Source: Minisyncoccota bacterium (lineage in GTDB: Bacteria > Patescibacteriota > Minisyncoccia > Phycocordibacterales > SW-6-46-9). Taken from it: a stretch of 64,000 bases of DNA. Under the pieces are notes generated by a model. That model was not told where the DNA came from. It ran no database searches and was given only the letters and a program-made list of their open reading frames with translations. A program made the translations under genes and the position numbers. Location: positions 523,526 through 587,525 of the forward strand of contig JBBDRP010000002.1 in assembly GCA_040905385.1 (NCBI GenBank), read 5' to 3'. This document shows, piece by piece, positions 35,275 through 45,283 of this stretch. Numbering within the stretch: position 1 is the first letter of the stretch; every line of letters starts with the position of its first letter.

Positions 35275-35354
35275 ATAAAAATAATACCCCACGAGAGATT
35301 CTAACGCACAGCAAGGCGTCGGCCTCACCGGCAGATGGTCTCTCGTAGAGTTAT

Positions 35355-35696
35355 TTAAGACTCAGTTGTCTCACTTTGATCATCTGTTGCTTCTTCCCCT
35401 TCTTCTTCTGTATTTTCAGCAGTTTCCTGTTTGGTTTTCTTGGCAGCCCGTGCTTTTTCAAAGCGAGCCTTGAACTTCTCAACTCGTCCGGCCGTATCAA
35501 CCGTTCGTTCTACACCCGTATAAAATGGGTGCGAGGCTGAGGACATTTCTACTCGTGCCAGCGGATACTCCTCGCCATCCTCCCAGGCACCAGTCTCATC
35601 AGTTTCGATGGTTGAACCAAGGAGAAACTTCTCGTCACTGGAGGTGTCGAGAAAAATAACCTTGCGATAATTTTCTGGATGAATATCTCGTTTCAT
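35355..35696 (-). CDS. rpmE: 50S ribosomal protein L31 with an acidic C-terminal extension
   Basis: [29 protein letters not shown].... Confidence 0.8.
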   Translation of the reverse strand: MKRDIHPENYRKVIFLDTSSDEKFLLGSTIETDETGAWEDGEEYPLARVEMSSASHPFYTGVERTVDTAGRVEKFKARFEKARAAKKTKQETAENTEEEGEEATDDQSETTES

Positions 35697-35954
35697 AATG
35701 TTGTTCTAAAGCACTGCTTATTATACACATTCTTGCCATATTGAAAAGTAACTCCAATAAATATGGAAAGATGTGTGTATTTTCTTAAAGGCTGGAATCT
35801 CTGATTGCAGCCGCTATTTAAGCGAGTACTCTCCTGTGTGTAGCCTTGCGCAAGGCAATTTGCACGGTCTTCGCGTTAGCGAAGAAATTGCCTGAGCAGA
35901 TAGAAGTCGCCGCTGGCGATTTACTTGTGCGCACACAAAGGAGAAGTGCAAGCA

Positions 35955-37289
35955 CTACTGGGATGCAGCATCAATCGGATCAATCATAGTTCGCTGAATA
36001 TTCATAGCACGGTTCAGTACCTGATCACCGTAGAACTGCACGCCCGGAGACTGCCAGTTACCACCGGCATAATACTGCAAGGCCGCACGACGCTCGGCCG
36101 TGTATCCACCAGCCCCAGCGCCAAGATCGGTCAGATAAATTCCTGATGCCATAAAGGCATGCGCTGGGTTCCATGGATTTGGAACCGATACACCAACCGC
36201 GTTGGCAATACGGTTCTGGTACGCCTCCCAGGTTGACGGAATAAACTGCGCCGGACCCATTGCCCCACCCCAGCCATTTCCAAACGGACATGATAGCGGT
36301 CGTGACTCTGGCTGCAATCCAAGTGCAGACGTAATTCGCTTGTACGGAGGGATATCACGACTTGGCTTCATGATCTGATCCCACTGCTTTGATGGTGGGT
36401 CTCCGGGTCGATTACAGGTACCAACATTCTGACCAAGGTTTGACTCCTGCTGAATAATCGCCAATAGAAACGCCGGTCGGATACCGGTAGAACGAGAAAC
36501 ATCGCGAGCGATATCCAGTGCCTCCCCAAACGGAATAGCCTGAACATCACGCAGAGAGAAGAGCTCAGAGCGAATCCGTGCCGCTCGTGCCTGCTTCTCC
36601 TGCAAAACTTGCTCATACGATCGCTCCTCGCTACGAGCAATCGCGGCTAACTCTTCCTGTTCCTGTTCCTTTTGTTCCACCTGGGCCTTCTGAGCTGCAA
36701 TAGCTTGCCGAGTATCTGTTACCTGGTCACGCTGATTTGCTAGTGCTTCACGCTCCTCCTCGGCCTCCTGGCGTGCATTTCTTATTTCTGCAAACCTCGT
36801 CTGCAGCGAATCATTTATCGACTGGACCGAATTAATATCAGAAAAAAACTCCGAAAGACTTTCATTGGAAAGGGCGAGCTCAACCAGTGACAGGTCATCA
36901 AGAGACGCTCGGCGCCGAATCAACTCTGCCAACGAATCGCGCTTCCGATTCACTTCGGCATCAAGCTCACTAATGTATGATTGTCGCTCATCGATACCTC
37001 CCGACAGTTCATTAATACGAATATCATTCTGGCGGATCTCTAGCTGTGCTTTGGCGATCTCGGCCTCAAGAATTGCCACGTCACGCTCCAGAGTCTGGCG
37101 CTCCTGGCGTTTAACACCTAGTCGTTGCTCCTGCTGATCAATCTCATCCTGTAGATCTCTTAGCTCGGCTTCTAACTGGGCACGCCGCTCATCCGACTGA
37201 GCAACTACAGTTGCCGGTAAAAAGGTTAGTGAAAGCAGCGCCAGGATTACTACTGCACATACACCGGTTGTAGTCCGGATTGAAAACAT
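35955..37289 (-). CDS. Secreted coiled-coil protein with C-terminal SLT-type lytic transglycosylase domain
   Basis: Signal peptide; ~250 aa of coiled coil; LLAIIQQESNLGQN and GAMGPAQFIPSTWEAY match SLT motifs. Confidence 0.7.
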   Translation of the reverse strand: MFSIRTTTGVCAVVILALLSLTFLPATVVAQSDERRAQLEAELRDLQDEIDQQEQRLGVKRQERQTLERDVAILEAEIAKAQLEIRQNDIRINELSGGIDERQSYISELDAEVNRKRDSLAELIRRRASLDDLSLVELALSNESLSEFFSDINSVQSINDSLQTRFAEIRNARQEAEEEREALANQRDQVTDTRQAIAAQKAQVEQKEQEQEELAAIARSEERSYEQVLQEKQARAARIRSELFSLRDVQAIPFGEALDIARDVSRSTGIRPAFLLAIIQQESNLGQNVGTCNRPGDPPSKQWDQIMKPSRDIPPYKRITSALGLQPESRPLSCPFGNGWGGAMGPAQFIPSTWEAYQNRIANAVGVSVPNPWNPAHAFMASGIYLTDLGAGAGGYTAERRAALQYYAGGNWQSPGVQFYGDQVLNRAMNIQRTMIDPIDAASQ

Positions 37290-37327
37290 AGGTTTATTGT
37301 ATTATAGACGAACTATCGACAGAAGTC

Positions 37328-38017
37328 TTACTCCTCGTCACTTTGCTCATCACCCTCACCTTCTTCTCCCCCTTCGCCTTCTTCGTCCTCCTTCTTACGT
37401 TCACCCTCAACTTCAATATCATCAAAGTCGAATTCTTCTCCTTCTTCTTCAGGCTCTAGTTCCTCAAGTTCGGTTGGCTCCTCGATCAGGACAACCACCT
37501 CTTCATCCTCGGCCAGAATTTCGACACCATCCGGGACGGTGATATCAGCCACCGTTACCTGTGATCCAAAGTCTTCAAGTCCAGATACGTCTACCTCAAG
37601 ATTAGATGGAAGCTTTGTTGGATCAGCCTCAACCTCAACGGAGTGAAGAATACGCACCAGCAGACCACCTTTGTTTTTAATAGCTGGCGCCGTACCAACA
37701 ATCTCAACCGGGAGATCAACCGTAACCGTCTGTCCCTTCTCAATTACATAAATATCAGCGTGAATCGGTTCATCGGTAACCGGGTGAATATCAATGTCCT
37801 GAATCAGCGCCGGCTGTGTTTTATCATCCTTAATTTCAAGCTGAAACACCGTGGAGGTTCCGGTCTGGTGCCAAAGCTTTATAAAGTCAGTCATACCAAC
37901 CGCAATTGGAGTCGAGTCAGTATCACGTCCATACATTACCGCCGGCAGCACACCAGCCTCACGAGCCTCGTTTGTGTCGTCTTTAATATTGCGTTTTTTT
38001 ACTTGGAGCTTTTCCAT
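37328..38017 (-). CDS. rplY: 50S ribosomal protein L25/Ctc with a long acidic tail
   Basis: Two-domain L25/Ctc pattern (LPAVMYG...; HPVTDEPIHADIYV). Confidence 0.85.
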   Translation of the reverse strand: MEKLQVKKRNIKDDTNEAREAGVLPAVMYGRDTDSTPIAVGMTDFIKLWHQTGTSTVFQLEIKDDKTQPALIQDIDIHPVTDEPIHADIYVIEKGQTVTVDLPVEIVGTAPAIKNKGGLLVRILHSVEVEADPTKLPSNLEVDVSGLEDFGSQVTVADITVPDGVEILAEDEEVVVLIEEPTELEELEPEEEGEEFDFDDIEVEGERKKEDEEGEGGEEGEGDEQSDEE

Positions 38018-38154
38018 TACTCGTATATGGTACCGAAATTATCCAGATTCGCAAGTCGAAGTACTAAAATAAAACAGATTGGTTGACTATGCATAATATA
38101 TTATGTATTATTTAGTTAGAAATCATTCTTTCAATTTAAATAAATCCTGTTGTT

Positions 38155-38604
38155 ATGAAATCATCAATCCCAGAACCAGCAGTATCGCTAATGTCACTAA
38201 ATGGAAATACTAGGATACATATTAAAGTTTTCGACAAAAAGACACGTAAAGTGCGAAGACATGATATATATCTCCTCCGATTCATCGACAAATCCCATTC
38301 TTCATTTCGGTTCATCTATACCAATAAATGGAGAAAAGATCCTAAGCAAACGATAGAGAACTCATTGATCGCCTCTAAGTATCCAGGTGATTCAGTACGC
38401 GAAACCTCTGTTTCGGACTGGACACCCTCTTGCTGGGTAGTAAAACCTACAGAGGGTGATTCCAGTGATGATTATAGGTATAGAATCGAGTTCATAAGCT
38501 GCTTGGCAAATTACCATCAGCGATTTAACGAAGAAATAAAGAGACAGATGTACCACAAGGCTAAGAAACTTTTAGAGGGTAAGCAAATAAAACTTACTTT
38601 TTAA
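38155..38604 (+). CDS. Hypothetical protein (149 aa)
   Basis: TTGACT-N17-TATTAT promoter upstream; terminator downstream. Confidence 0.5.
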   Translation: MKSSIPEPAVSLMSLNGNTRIHIKVFDKKTRKVRRHDIYLLRFIDKSHSSFRFIYTNKWRKDPKQTIENSLIASKYPGDSVRETSVSDWTPSCWVVKPTEGDSSDDYRYRIEFISCLANYHQRFNEEIKRQMYHKAKKLLEGKQIKLTF

Positions 38605-38630
38605 TGAAACATAACCACAACTATAACCAA

Positions 38631-38659
38631 GCCGTCGGATAAATCCGGCGACTTTTTTT
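38631..38659 (+). terminator. Intrinsic terminator (7-bp GC stem) followed by T7
   Basis: CCGTCGGATAAATCCGGCG then TTTTTTT. Confidence 0.6.
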
Positions 38660-38712
38660 ATCGTGATACAATACCCATATAGATTTAACAGACAGATAAC
38701 CTTAATACTCTT

Positions 38713-39720
38713 ATGTCCAAACTTGATTTTCTGGCGGTGGGTGATATTACAACTGACGACTTTATAAAGCTCGAAGATGTTCGCATCGACACCGACAAGG
38801 ACCCTGGAGACAAGGGTATGGAGGAGCTTTGCTTCCGCTTTGGAGACAAGATCGAGTACGCTGATCACGACATTGTAGCGGCTGTTGGTAACGCACCGAA
38901 CGCCGGTGTCTCTGCCCACCGCCTTGATCTAGAGACTGGTCTTAACACCAACTTCGGTGACGACATGGTCGGTGAGATGAATAGCAAGCAGCTGGAGAAA
39001 GAAGGTATCAACATGGATTACGTGAATATCCATGAAGGAAAAAAATCAAACTACCACTACGTACTGCGCCACGGTCCAGAGCGAACCATCCTGGTTAAGC
39101 ACTATGACTACGACTACAAGCTACCAGATTTTTCTGAAGGCGAAGCACCACGCTTCATGTACCTCTCTTCCCTAGGTGAGAACTCTTTTGACCACCACAT
39201 TGAGATTGCCGAGTTTGCGGAAAACAACGACACTAAACTCGCCTTCCAGCCCGGAACCTTCCAGATAAAGATGGGTTACGACAAGCTCACGAGACTGTAT
39301 GAAGCCAGCTACCTATACTTCTCTAACAAAGAAGAGGCACAGCTGGTGCTGGACAATAATACCGATGATATGGAGGAGCTACTGCGAGACATGCATGACC
39401 ACGGACCAGATATTGCTGTCATCACCGATGGTCCAGAAGGTGCCTACGTCTTTGACGGAACCGAAGGTTGGCACATGCCGATGTACCCGGATCCAAAGCC
39501 ACCTGTAGACCGTACCGGTGCTGGAGACTCCTTCTCTTCCACCTTTACCGCTGCGCTGGCACTCGGTAAGGACATTCCAACCGCCCTGCGCTGGGGACCA
39601 GTCAACTCGATGAGTGTTGTCCAGGACATCGGTGCGCAGGCTGGTCTCGTCTCCCAAGAGGAGCTATTGGAGCATCTCGAGAACGCCCCAGACGACTACG
39701 AACCAAAGCAGATTTTCTAG
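38713..39720 (+). CDS. PfkB-family carbohydrate/nucleoside kinase
   Basis: PfkB signature 2 DRTGAGDSFSSTFTAAL; N-terminal motif. Confidence 0.8.
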   Translation: MSKLDFLAVGDITTDDFIKLEDVRIDTDKDPGDKGMEELCFRFGDKIEYADHDIVAAVGNAPNAGVSAHRLDLETGLNTNFGDDMVGEMNSKQLEKEGINMDYVNIHEGKKSNYHYVLRHGPERTILVKHYDYDYKLPDFSEGEAPRFMYLSSLGENSFDHHIEIAEFAENNDTKLAFQPGTFQIKMGYDKLTRLYEASYLYFSNKEEAQLVLDNNTDDMEELLRDMHDHGPDIAVITDGPEGAYVFDGTEGWHMPMYPDPKPPVDRTGAGDSFSSTFTAALALGKDIPTALRWGPVNSMSVVQDIGAQAGLVSQEELLEHLENAPDDYEPKQIF

Positions 39721-39787
39721 ACTAAGAAAATAGGTAAGAACAATAAAGCCTCTGCCGATAAGCAGGGGCTTTATTCTGCATGAATAC

Positions 39788-40951
39788 TTACGACTGCTGT
39801 GCCGATGGGGGTTTGGAGAGAATTCGTAGAAGTTCAGGACTAATAAAGGTAGTCACAATACTCAGGATCACCATAGCCGTTGTTACCTCTGAGGGAATGA
39901 TTCCCATCTGCTGGGCCGAGAACACCACCGCCAGTGTCGTAGAAAGCTGCGGAATACTAGAGGCACCCAGGAGCCGACTCTCCGCTATCGAAAATCCCAG
40001 AAGTCGCCCACCAAAAGCTCCGCTGACATACTTTGATATGACCGATCCGGCCACTACTGTCAGGGTCAAGAGTCCCACCGTCTGCAGATCACCAAACACT
40101 GTCAGATCCGTGTTGGCACCAACCACCACAAAGAAGACCGGAATGAAAATTCCGTAGCTAATAGCCCGCAGCTTCCCTTTCAGGATCTCGTTGTTTATAG
40201 TTCCGGACAAAACAAAGCCGGCGAAGAATCCGGCAATGATAGCGTGTAGTCCAAGAAGCTCGAAGGCCACCACAATCCCGAACAGGATTACGAAAATAAA
40301 ACGTAGCTCCTGCTGGAATATGTCCTCCTGCCGACCAAACTTTTGCACAAACTGGCTGTGTATTTTGGGTATGATGTAACGCAGAAAGGCCAGGAAACCG
40401 ATTACGAGCGTGTAGAAAACTGGCAGCGGAATGGTGGTAATTGGATCAACCGACTGAAAGAATACCGAAAGCAGTATCAGTGAAGCCACATCCTGAAGAA
40501 TTGTGGTCGCAATCACCACCTGACCGAATGGTGTATGCAGGACCTTGGTCTTCTCCAGGGATGGAATCACCACCGCCAATGATGATGAGACGAAGATAAT
40601 CCCCAGAAGCAGCGAAGTGTAAAAACCATACGCAAATAGCTGCCCAATCCCAAAACCAACCACAAACGGTAACGCCCCGTTAAAGAAAGCTAGAAGCGAT
40701 ATCCGAAACTTGTCCTTTTGAAAACTAGACAACCGGGTTTCCAACCCAGCCATGAACATCAGGAAGACCAGCCCCACCTCGGAAAGAAAATTGATCGTAT
40801 CTGTCGGGGTAAAGAACCCGAGCCCGAACGGCCCAATAAACATCCCGGCAATAATCAGCGCAATCACCCACGGCAGGTGCAGCCGATTAAACAATTCGGA
40901 GAAGAAGACACTTGCAAATAGTATAAGAAAGAATGGTAGGAGCTGAGTCAT
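39788..40951 (-). CDS. Cation:proton antiporter (CPA family Na+/H+ exchanger)
   Basis: ~12 TM; Na_H_Exchanger-like pattern. Confidence 0.65.
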   Translation of the reverse strand: MTQLLPFFLILFASVFFSELFNRLHLPWVIALIIAGMFIGPFGLGFFTPTDTINFLSEVGLVFLMFMAGLETRLSSFQKDKFRISLLAFFNGALPFVVGFGIGQLFAYGFYTSLLLGIIFVSSSLAVVIPSLEKTKVLHTPFGQVVIATTILQDVASLILLSVFFQSVDPITTIPLPVFYTLVIGFLAFLRYIIPKIHSQFVQKFGRQEDIFQQELRFIFVILFGIVVAFELLGLHAIIAGFFAGFVLSGTINNEILKGKLRAISYGIFIPVFFVVVGANTDLTVFGDLQTVGLLTLTVVAGSVISKYVSGAFGGRLLGFSIAESRLLGASSIPQLSTTLAVVFSAQQMGIIPSEVTTAMVILSIVTTFISPELLRILSKPPSAQQS

Positions 40952-41127
40952 AAATATATTATAACGTGCAATTAGCTAAACAGAAGAATGTGGGAATTAA
41001 CTTAGTATGTAGAATCTAGAATGAATCAATTATAGTTTTGTTATGTAACAAAATAATTACATTGTTAGACAAGTAAAAAAATAACCAATGCAGTACCGAA
41101 AGTATAGATTAAACCTGTAACAATCGA

Positions 41128-41412
41128 CTATTTCCAGCTTTCTTTTATACACTTTCTTCCGTAAACTATTCGTGATATCCCCATCAGTATTAGAGTAATA
41201 GCGGCTGAAATATAAAATACATGGAAAGCACGGGAAATTCCTTGTAAACCTGATCCACTGGCTGGAAAATTACTAGAAAATATCGAATAAATATGCAGAT
41301 CAATGAATAGAGCTACAATCCAAGAGACCAAGAAAGCAACGTATCTTTTTATTTCTCCGCTTGTATAATCCGCTGATTCTTCAATTTCATTTTTTGTAGC
41401 TTGTTTTGACAT
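41128..41412 (-). CDS. Hypothetical small membrane protein
   Basis: ORF with two TM segments. The upstream motif TTAACTTTTTACCCGG is shared with 23748-23765. Confidence 0.4.
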   Translation of the reverse strand: MSKQATKNEIEESADYTSGEIKRYVAFLVSWIVALFIDLHIYSIFSSNFPASGSGLQGISRAFHVFYISAAITLILMGISRIVYGRKCIKESWK

Positions 41413-41438
41413 GCTTTTAACTTTTTACCCGGTTAAAC

Positions 41439-41456
41439 ATTCCGCAAAAGCGGAAT
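41439..41456 (-). terminator. Hairpin ATTCCGC-AAAA-GCGGAAT after tktC (weak U-tract)
   Basis: Read directly. Confidence 0.4.
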
Positions 41457-41473
41457 AAAATCTACGATTTTGT

Positions 41474-42475
41474 TTAACTCGGGTGAACTTTTCGGCCTTT
41501 AACTTTCTTCACTGCCTCTATAATCGAATCAACCCCCATGCCGTACTTTTCAATCAGCTCTTCCGGAGTACCACTTTGGCCAAACTGATCATGTACACCA
41601 ATGAACTCCTGTGGCGTTGGTGTATTCTGACTAAGAATCTCGGCCACTGCTGAGCCCATTCCGGCCGAAACCTGATGCTCCTCGATTGTTACCACCGCCC
41701 CACATCGCTTAGCAGCTTCGATTACCGACTGCTCATCCATTGGTTTTATTGTGTGGTTGTTGATGACCACGGTGTTAATCCCCTCGCCTTCTAGCCGCTT
41801 GGCAGCTACGAGTGCATTGTGTACCAATGGTCCACAGGCAATCAGTGCGACTTCGGGATTCTCGCCCTCCCACAGCCAGTTGGCACGACCAAACTCAAAC
41901 GGTGAATCCTCAGTAGTGATGACTGGTGTCTTCTCACGGGCCACGCGGAAGTATACCGGCCCATCCTCACGGGCAGCGATATGGACTGTTTTGCGAGCCT
42001 CCTGATAATCTGCTGGCACGACAACCTTCATGTTTGGCTGAGCTCGCATCAGGGCGATATCCTCTAGCTGCTGATGCGTTGCCCCATCTGGGCCAACGGA
42101 TACCCCAGCATGGGCTCCGAGAATCTTTACCGACACGTTATTTAGTGAAATCGTGGTACGAATCTGTTCGTTATTACGGCCTGGTGAAAAGGCCGCATAT
42201 GAAGATATGAACGGAATCTTCCCCATTGCTGCCAGTCCAGAGCCAACCGTCGCGAGGTTCTGCTCGGCTACACCAACTTCAACGTAACGATCGGGAAACT
42301 CTTCCTTAAAAAAGTGTGTACGCGTTGATTCAGCCAGGTCGGCACAAACCGCAACGATATTCTCGTTTTCCCGCGCTGCCTCAACCAAACCATCACCGTA
42401 GCCGTTACGGCTGTAATCAACGGTTGGCTCGTCGCTAAAAATGTCTGGATGTAATTTTTGGTCGTCTTTAAGCAT
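41474..42475 (-). CDS. Transketolase, C-terminal (pyrimidine-binding) subunit
   Basis: Matches the TK central and C-terminal domains, as in split transketolases. Confidence 0.85.
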   Translation of the reverse strand: MLKDDQKLHPDIFSDEPTVDYSRNGYGDGLVEAARENENIVAVCADLAESTRTHFFKEEFPDRYVEVGVAEQNLATVGSGLAAMGKIPFISSYAAFSPGRNNEQIRTTISLNNVSVKILGAHAGVSVGPDGATHQQLEDIALMRAQPNMKVVVPADYQEARKTVHIAAREDGPVYFRVAREKTPVITTEDSPFEFGRANWLWEGENPEVALIACGPLVHNALVAAKRLEGEGINTVVINNHTIKPMDEQSVIEAAKRCGAVVTIEEHQVSAGMGSAVAEILSQNTPTPQEFIGVHDQFGQSGTPEELIEKYGMGVDSIIEAVKKVKGRKVHPS

Positions 42476-42478
42476 ATT

Positions 42479-42760
42479 TTATTTATTAAAACGGTTTTCT
42501 GACTTAAGGCGTTCGGCTATTTCTCGCAAATCATCAAATTCTTTACGTGAGACTTCCGACTTCCAATCATTCCATAGTGCTCGCCTATCATCACCGGTTT
42601 CTGCTTGATCCATTTCATCGAAAAGATTTCCGTGCTGCTTTACCATCTTGTAATCTTCTGGGTCTAGTTGCTGTAAGAACATCTCCTCATTAATAAACGG
42701 GTTAGCAGGCTTTCGTGCATCCTCTTTTTCTTCTGCTTTATTTATCTTTTCAAAATTCAT
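42479..42760 (-). CDS. Hypothetical acidic protein (93 aa) inserted between the two transketolase subunit genes
   Basis: ORF with tight 4-bp and 30-bp junctions to its neighbours. Confidence 0.5.
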   Translation of the reverse strand: MNFEKINKAEEKEDARKPANPFINEEMFLQQLDPEDYKMVKQHGNLFDEMDQAETGDDRRALWNDWKSEVSRKEFDDLREIAERLKSENRFNK

Positions 42761-42789
42761 GATTCTGTATTCTTTAATTCGTTATTCGT

Positions 42790-43656
42790 TTATTCAAGAT
42801 GACTTGCCTCGATCTCACCACCGAGCGTGCGCAACTCGCGCAGGAATGATTCCTCCTGCTGCCCCTTTTCTGGGGGCTTGCCGTGCCACTCGGGCTTGAA
42901 CTGAATCTCATCAATTCCCTTTCCTGGAATTGTGTGCGCCAGAATCAACGTCGGGTCCTCATACACCGCCTTTGACTCCTCAACCGCCGCAATAAACTGG
43001 CGAATATTATGCCCATCAACATCAATCACCCGCCAGCCGAAGGCCTCGTACTTATCTCGCAACTCCTCAAGCGGCATCACCTCCTCGGTGTAACCGTTGA
43101 TCTGGATGTTATTGCGATCCATCACCGCTGTGAGATTGCCGAGCTGGTTGGCACCGGCAAACATTGCCGACTCCCAGATATTACCGGCCTGCTGCTCACC
43201 ATCGCTCATGCAGCAGTAGATACGCATCTTCTTGTCATCCATCTTGGCGGCGTACGCCATACCGGCCGCCTGGCCCAGACCGCTTCCTAGCGGCCCAGAG
43301 GTCGTCTCTAGGGCTGGAATACGGGTTCGTTCAGGATGACCCTGAAAGCGACTACCATACTGGCGCAGCGTCGTCTCTACCTCGGATACCGGAAAGTACC
43401 CAGCATGTGCCATGGCTGCATACCGGACCGGAACGATATGTCCATTCGAAAGAATAAGTCGATCACGATCTTCCCACATTGGATCGTCGGGACGATGATT
43501 GAGTATATGAAAATAAAAAGCCGTAAATATATCGGTCATCCCGAGCGGGCCGGCCGTATGGCCAGAACCAGCATTAGCCAGCATCTTGATAATCGTTTCG
43601 CGAATATCAAGCGCCTTAGCTTCAAGCTCTTGGACCTTGTCATCAGATATCGTCAT
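42790..43656 (-). CDS. Transketolase, N-terminal (TPP-binding) subunit
   Basis: HTAGPLG..., SNGH..., GSGLGQAAGMAYAAK and CCMSDGEQQAGNIWESAMFA match the TPP-binding motifs. Confidence 0.85.
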   Translation of the reverse strand: MTISDDKVQELEAKALDIRETIIKMLANAGSGHTAGPLGMTDIFTAFYFHILNHRPDDPMWEDRDRLILSNGHIVPVRYAAMAHAGYFPVSEVETTLRQYGSRFQGHPERTRIPALETTSGPLGSGLGQAAGMAYAAKMDDKKMRIYCCMSDGEQQAGNIWESAMFAGANQLGNLTAVMDRNNIQINGYTEEVMPLEELRDKYEAFGWRVIDVDGHNIRQFIAAVEESKAVYEDPTLILAHTIPGKGIDEIQFKPEWHGKPPEKGQQEESFLRELRTLGGEIEASHLE

Positions 43657-43710
43657 AATGTATGTAAATCTGCTTGTATTATAACACCAAATTTCAATGT
43701 GCCAGCAGTC

Positions 43711-44394
43711 CTAGTTCACGACATCACCGGATAATCTTTTAATTGCTGCGGCAATATCATACGACTCAAAAATAGCCGATCCGCTAACCAATCGCGTCGC
43801 TCCCGATTCGATCAGCCGTGGGGCTGTATCAAAATCAACCCCGATATCAACCGCCAGTGATAAGTCTGGATGCGCCGTGCGGATATCCGCAAGCTTCTGG
43901 TATACCAATGGGTCCAGATCAACACCATGGAACCCGATTTCGTCGCTGCCCATTAGCTGCAGGAAATCAATCTGATCGATATATTGATCGACTAGATCAT
44001 TGGAGTTTGACGGCTTCAGTGCCAGACCAATCCCGACGCCTTTCTCGGCAAGTCTCTCAAATATTTTATTGTGCTTTTCAGTACTGTCTGCGTGAATGAT
44101 GATTGCGCTGGCCCCGGCAGCAATCCAGTCATCAATCACTACTTCCGGTCGGTCTACCATCAGATCAATTTCAAACTGAAGATCCTGCCACAGTGGAAAC
44201 CCGCGTTTCTGGGCGATAATTTCATCAAAGTAAGCCGCTTCGGGGCTGCCGGCATACGGCCAGGTTGGATCGGGTGCGAAGTTTCCGTCAATGATATCAA
44301 TCTGTACCAAGGATACATAACCCTTCACCGTCTCCATCTCGGAGCACATTAGATCAAAATTATCGGGAATAATGGCGGGAATTACTTCAGTCAT
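43711..44394 (-). CDS. rpe: Ribulose-phosphate 3-epimerase family protein
   Basis: VQIDIIDGNFAP aligns with the Rpe HVDVMDGHFVPN motif; TIM-barrel pattern. Confidence 0.7.
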   Translation of the reverse strand: MTEVIPAIIPDNFDLMCSEMETVKGYVSLVQIDIIDGNFAPDPTWPYAGSPEAAYFDEIIAQKRGFPLWQDLQFEIDLMVDRPEVVIDDWIAAGASAIIIHADSTEKHNKIFERLAEKGVGIGLALKPSNSNDLVDQYIDQIDFLQLMGSDEIGFHGVDLDPLVYQKLADIRTAHPDLSLAVDIGVDFDTAPRLIESGATRLVSGSAIFESYDIAAAIKRLSGDVVN

Positions 44395-44839
44395 GGTTTA
44401 GTAGCTTATTAGCTTGTAAGTAATCCTTAATTAATTTTATATCTCCCAGATCTTTTTTACGACCATAAACCTGTTTGAATTCTATAAGATCATTTAAACC
44501 CATGAAAGGGATACCTTCAATAATATCCTGACGTATTTTGGCTTCCGTAAGGGTAGTTGGGTAATCATACAAATCAAGCTTTGAAGCAATATCTATCTTA
44601 TCGCGGGCAAGAAACTCAGAATTATCCTCATGTCGAGTGCAATGCTCCCAATCACCTTCCTCTTTAAGGTGCTCGAAGAGATCGGATGATATGACCAGAT
44701 CAACATCATCAGCCTTGCGAATACCATGGACGGCCATAACCGTACCAGCAATCACAAGATACTGATCTGGAGGAAAATGTAGATCCTTTATAATACTGAT
44801 TACCTGATCTTTATTCAGCATACTGTTGGTTATCATCAA
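44387..44839 (-). CDS. Hypothetical protein (150 aa)
   Basis: ORF overlapping both neighbours by a few codons. Confidence 0.45.
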   Translation of the reverse strand: MMITNSMLNKDQVISIIKDLHFPPDQYLVIAGTVMAVHGIRKADDVDLVISSDLFEHLKEEGDWEHCTRHEDNSEFLARDKIDIASKLDLYDYPTTLTEAKIRQDIIEGIPFMGLNDLIEFKQVYGRKKDLGDIKLIKDYLQANKLLNHD

Positions 44840-45281
44840 TCTTATTTATGCGTCGTTGGTGCCGAGTTTCGTCGGAAAATTCTGTATCCAGCCAGCGGTC
44901 AATCGCCTCAATGGCATCAGGCTCGGAAACAAATCCGGCAGCAATGCTCAGAACATTGGCATCATTGTGCTGACGACTAAGCGAAATAATCTCGGGCTCA
45001 GATCCGTAGTACACGGCTGCACGGACTCCAGGGTAGCGGTTGGCCACCATTGCCTCGCCCTGCCCAGAGTGACCAAAGATAATTCCGACCGAATCACCCT
45101 CGTTACGTACCGCTTGTGCAGCCGGATGAATAAAATCCGGGTAGTCATCTTCTTTGCGGAAATTACTAGCACCATGGTCGACCACGACGTATCCTGCCGC
45201 GTCCAGATGCTCCTTAACAGCTTCCTTCAGCTCGAAACCAGCGTGATCTGTAGCTACGTGGATTTTAATATCTTTTTTCAT
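44811..45281 (-). CDS. rpiB: Ribose-5-phosphate isomerase B
   Basis: RpiB/LacAB family pattern (IHVATDHAGFELK...GHSGQGEAMVANR). Confidence 0.85.
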   Translation of the reverse strand: MKKDIKIHVATDHAGFELKEAVKEHLDAAGYVVVDHGASNFRKEDDYPDFIHPAAQAVRNEGDSVGIIFGHSGQGEAMVANRYPGVRAAVYYGSEPEIISLSRQHNDANVLSIAAGFVSEPDAIEAIDRWLDTEFSDETRHQRRINKIDDNQQYAE

Positions 45282-45283
45282 AA

